64,000 nt of DNA, from NCBI GenBank assembly GCA_002269645.1, contig NIVC01001958.1, positions 28,749 to 92,748 of the forward strand, written 5' to 3'. The translations under genes were made by a program, and so were the position numbers. A model generated the notes under the pieces. It was not told where the DNA came from. It saw only the letters and a list, made by a program, of their open reading frames with translations, and did no database searches. Shown here in pieces: positions 62,234 to 64,000 of the stretch. The DNA is from Macrostomum lignano. Its lineage: Eukaryota. Numbering within the stretch: the first letter of the stretch is position 1; every line of letters starts with the position of its first letter.

Positions 62234-63386
62234 TGTTTATCTGGGCAGTTTTTGTTTAGGAAACAAGAGACGAACTAGGCTCAACAAGGCATTAGGTAGA
62301 GTCAACCCCCCCCCCCCTGACCGCAGACACCCGCCAATCCAGAGTCGGCAAAACAAGTCAACTATAAACAACAACACAAGCGAGCGGCGGCAGCTAACTT
62401 CAATTCTATAATTTCATTATCTTGAGACGGAAATCTTGAAACCTGAAACCTATACGGCAGACTGAATGCTGCAGAAATAGTCGAGACTCCGATTTCCAGT
62501 TTTCTATCGCTGTTTGGCGCATACAGAGAATTCATTAACAGACAGGTTTAGCCGCTGATATCCTCTTTCACCACAGACAGCGGCAAGGGCTTCATTGGCG
62601 ATGCGAGGCAGCTGCAATGGTGCCGACCTGTTGTCCGCCGGCTCGTGCGACGATGACGTCTGGGATCTGCTGCCAGGAAGCGTCGGCAGCGGCGGCGGTG
62701 GCGGCAGCGGCGGCGGCTGCGTTGTGTCTGTCTCATTGTTGAATAGCTCCACAGAAAGCTTCTTGGACGATATTGAGAATGTGAGCCACTATTAATAGAG
62801 TACAGAGTCAGGCCATGAATTGCGTCCTTGTTAGGGGCTTTGAGACATTTGTCTTTTCGATTCTTTGTTGCCAGGCACAGTTAGTGTTCAACGTATATAT
62901 GCCTGATGAGTAGGAAAGCCGGGGCTGCCGCACTCGTGTGTGGCACTCACAGTGCCCAAATGTCCACTATGCCGAAGGTAAACTGACTTTTCAAATCCGT
63001 CCATCGAACCCCACCCCGTCAGTCGGACGCCCTGATGATCGAGGACGTCAACCAGGCCCTGGATGACTGGCTTCGCAGCCCCACGGCCGGCTCTCCTGAC
63101 TTCTCCCAGACGGTCGGTACATCGGCATCGGCTGAAACCGCCTCGGCATCGGCCATCCCGACGGCAGCTTCGACAGTGGCCTGCAGCGATGCTGCGGAGA
63201 CAAGCAGCCTGGGCAGCATTGTGGAGGGGGACGATCTGGACGAGGCCATAGACTACGATGTGCTGCGCATCAAGCAGTCCCTGGAGCACGGCTGCTCGCG
63301 GTCGCAGCTGAACAGTGGAAGCAACCAGTTCGGATCTGGTCAAGAAAGCCTGTTTAGACGGCTTCGTCTCAAAGCAACTACCAGGG
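61505..63386 (+). CDS. 5' part of a gene of unknown function (acidic, Ser/Ala/Gly-rich); probably continues beyond the exons I could find
   Basis: Exons 62577-62780 and 63023-63386 have GC3-rich codons like the other genes, YAG acceptors, GTGAG donors and a phase-0 join (..SFLDDIEN|SDALMIEDVNQALDDWL..GDDLDEAIDYDVLRIKQSLEHGCS..). Candidate first exon 61505-61534 (MAQFVAELVI) is tentative. No family recognised. Confidence 0.5.
62183..62228. repeat. (TC)n microsatellite
   Basis: About 23 perfect units. Confidence 0.95.
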
Positions 63387-64000
63387 GTGAGAGAGGAGAG
63401 ACGAGAGTAGGAGCGAGAAACCCAGCCTGTCTGAGCCTGCCTAAGCCTACCCCCCCCCCCAAGCTAGCTACCATCACCCCGAAATTCCTTTTGTCCAGTT
63501 TCACAACGTCAAGAGAGCCTTCAGCGGGTTATTTTTCATAGCATAGCCAAAACTATCGAGCTGTGCACAAGTGGCCTCGCTTTCTCATGTAATACCCGCC
63601 CGCCGTGGAATAAAAGTGATGAATGAAAGAAAGAAATCGAAAGATGATGTTGGTATTGTGGCATTGTCTCGAGCGCTTGTGCACTGCCCCCTCAAGCTGA
63701 GGCTGTGCAGCTTTGGGGCAATGCTCTAACCCATTTTTGAATTGCAGCTGGTTGTAAATTAAGTGGCTTGCTTACACATCAACTCGGTTATAGCTATTAT
63801 ATTCAGATCTCTCAGCGAAGACTGGAACAATTTTGAGCACAGAGTACAGCCCCAACTATTGAAAGAACATTGTGTTACAGTAATTTTCTCTGAAATTACC
63901 ACAACAATCGAAATGAAATTGAAACCGCAAGGCATGCATATTGCGATAGAATCCGTCAAGCAAATGACTACTCATAAAGCTAAGCCTTATAAATTAACTA

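Noticed and set aside
62903-62932. Hammerhead-like CTGATGA-GTAG-GAAA-GCCGGGGCTG
   Set aside because: No G-C pair closes stem II, the cleavage triplet would end in G (not NUH), and stem I cannot form.

Overview
Repeat-rich eukaryotic (metazoan) genomic DNA, not prokaryotic. GC-rich exons inside introns filled with minisatellites resemble the free-living flatworm Macrostomum; that identity is an inference and was not verified. Most ORFs in the supplied track are artefacts of stop-free tandem repeats. Three multi-exon + strand genes were reconstructed by hand, all with consistent GT-AG phases: (1) a TRAF-family RING/zinc-finger/MATH adaptor (2026-13948, 5 exons, 492 aa); (2) a GPR158/GPR179-like class C GPCR (20732-36840, 11 exons, 829 aa); (3) a secreted fibrinogen-related protein with an unrecognised N-terminal domain (37686-41351, 4 exons, about 381 aa). 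A fourth, partial gene of unknown function starts near 61.5-62.6 kb. The rest is about 28 distinct tandem arrays, including a 6.5-kb (GTTA)n intron and a 15.7-kb 32/36-bp satellite with higher-order structure. There is also a tRNA-derived SINE family (4 young copies plus older ones), one MITE and a possible solo LTR. No rRNA, true tRNA or CRISPR. I cannot demonstrate a new biological system. The best leads are: nearly every intron carries its own minisatellite, several sharing a GTCACTC core or arrayed transcription-factor motifs (AP-1, PBX-MEIS/PREP, CCAAT); a perfect RFX X-box before the TRAF gene; an in-frame Leu-heptad read-through in the GPCR; a SINE hairpin with compensatory changes and a twister-like insert; and a candidate Thr-rich mucin-like ORF.
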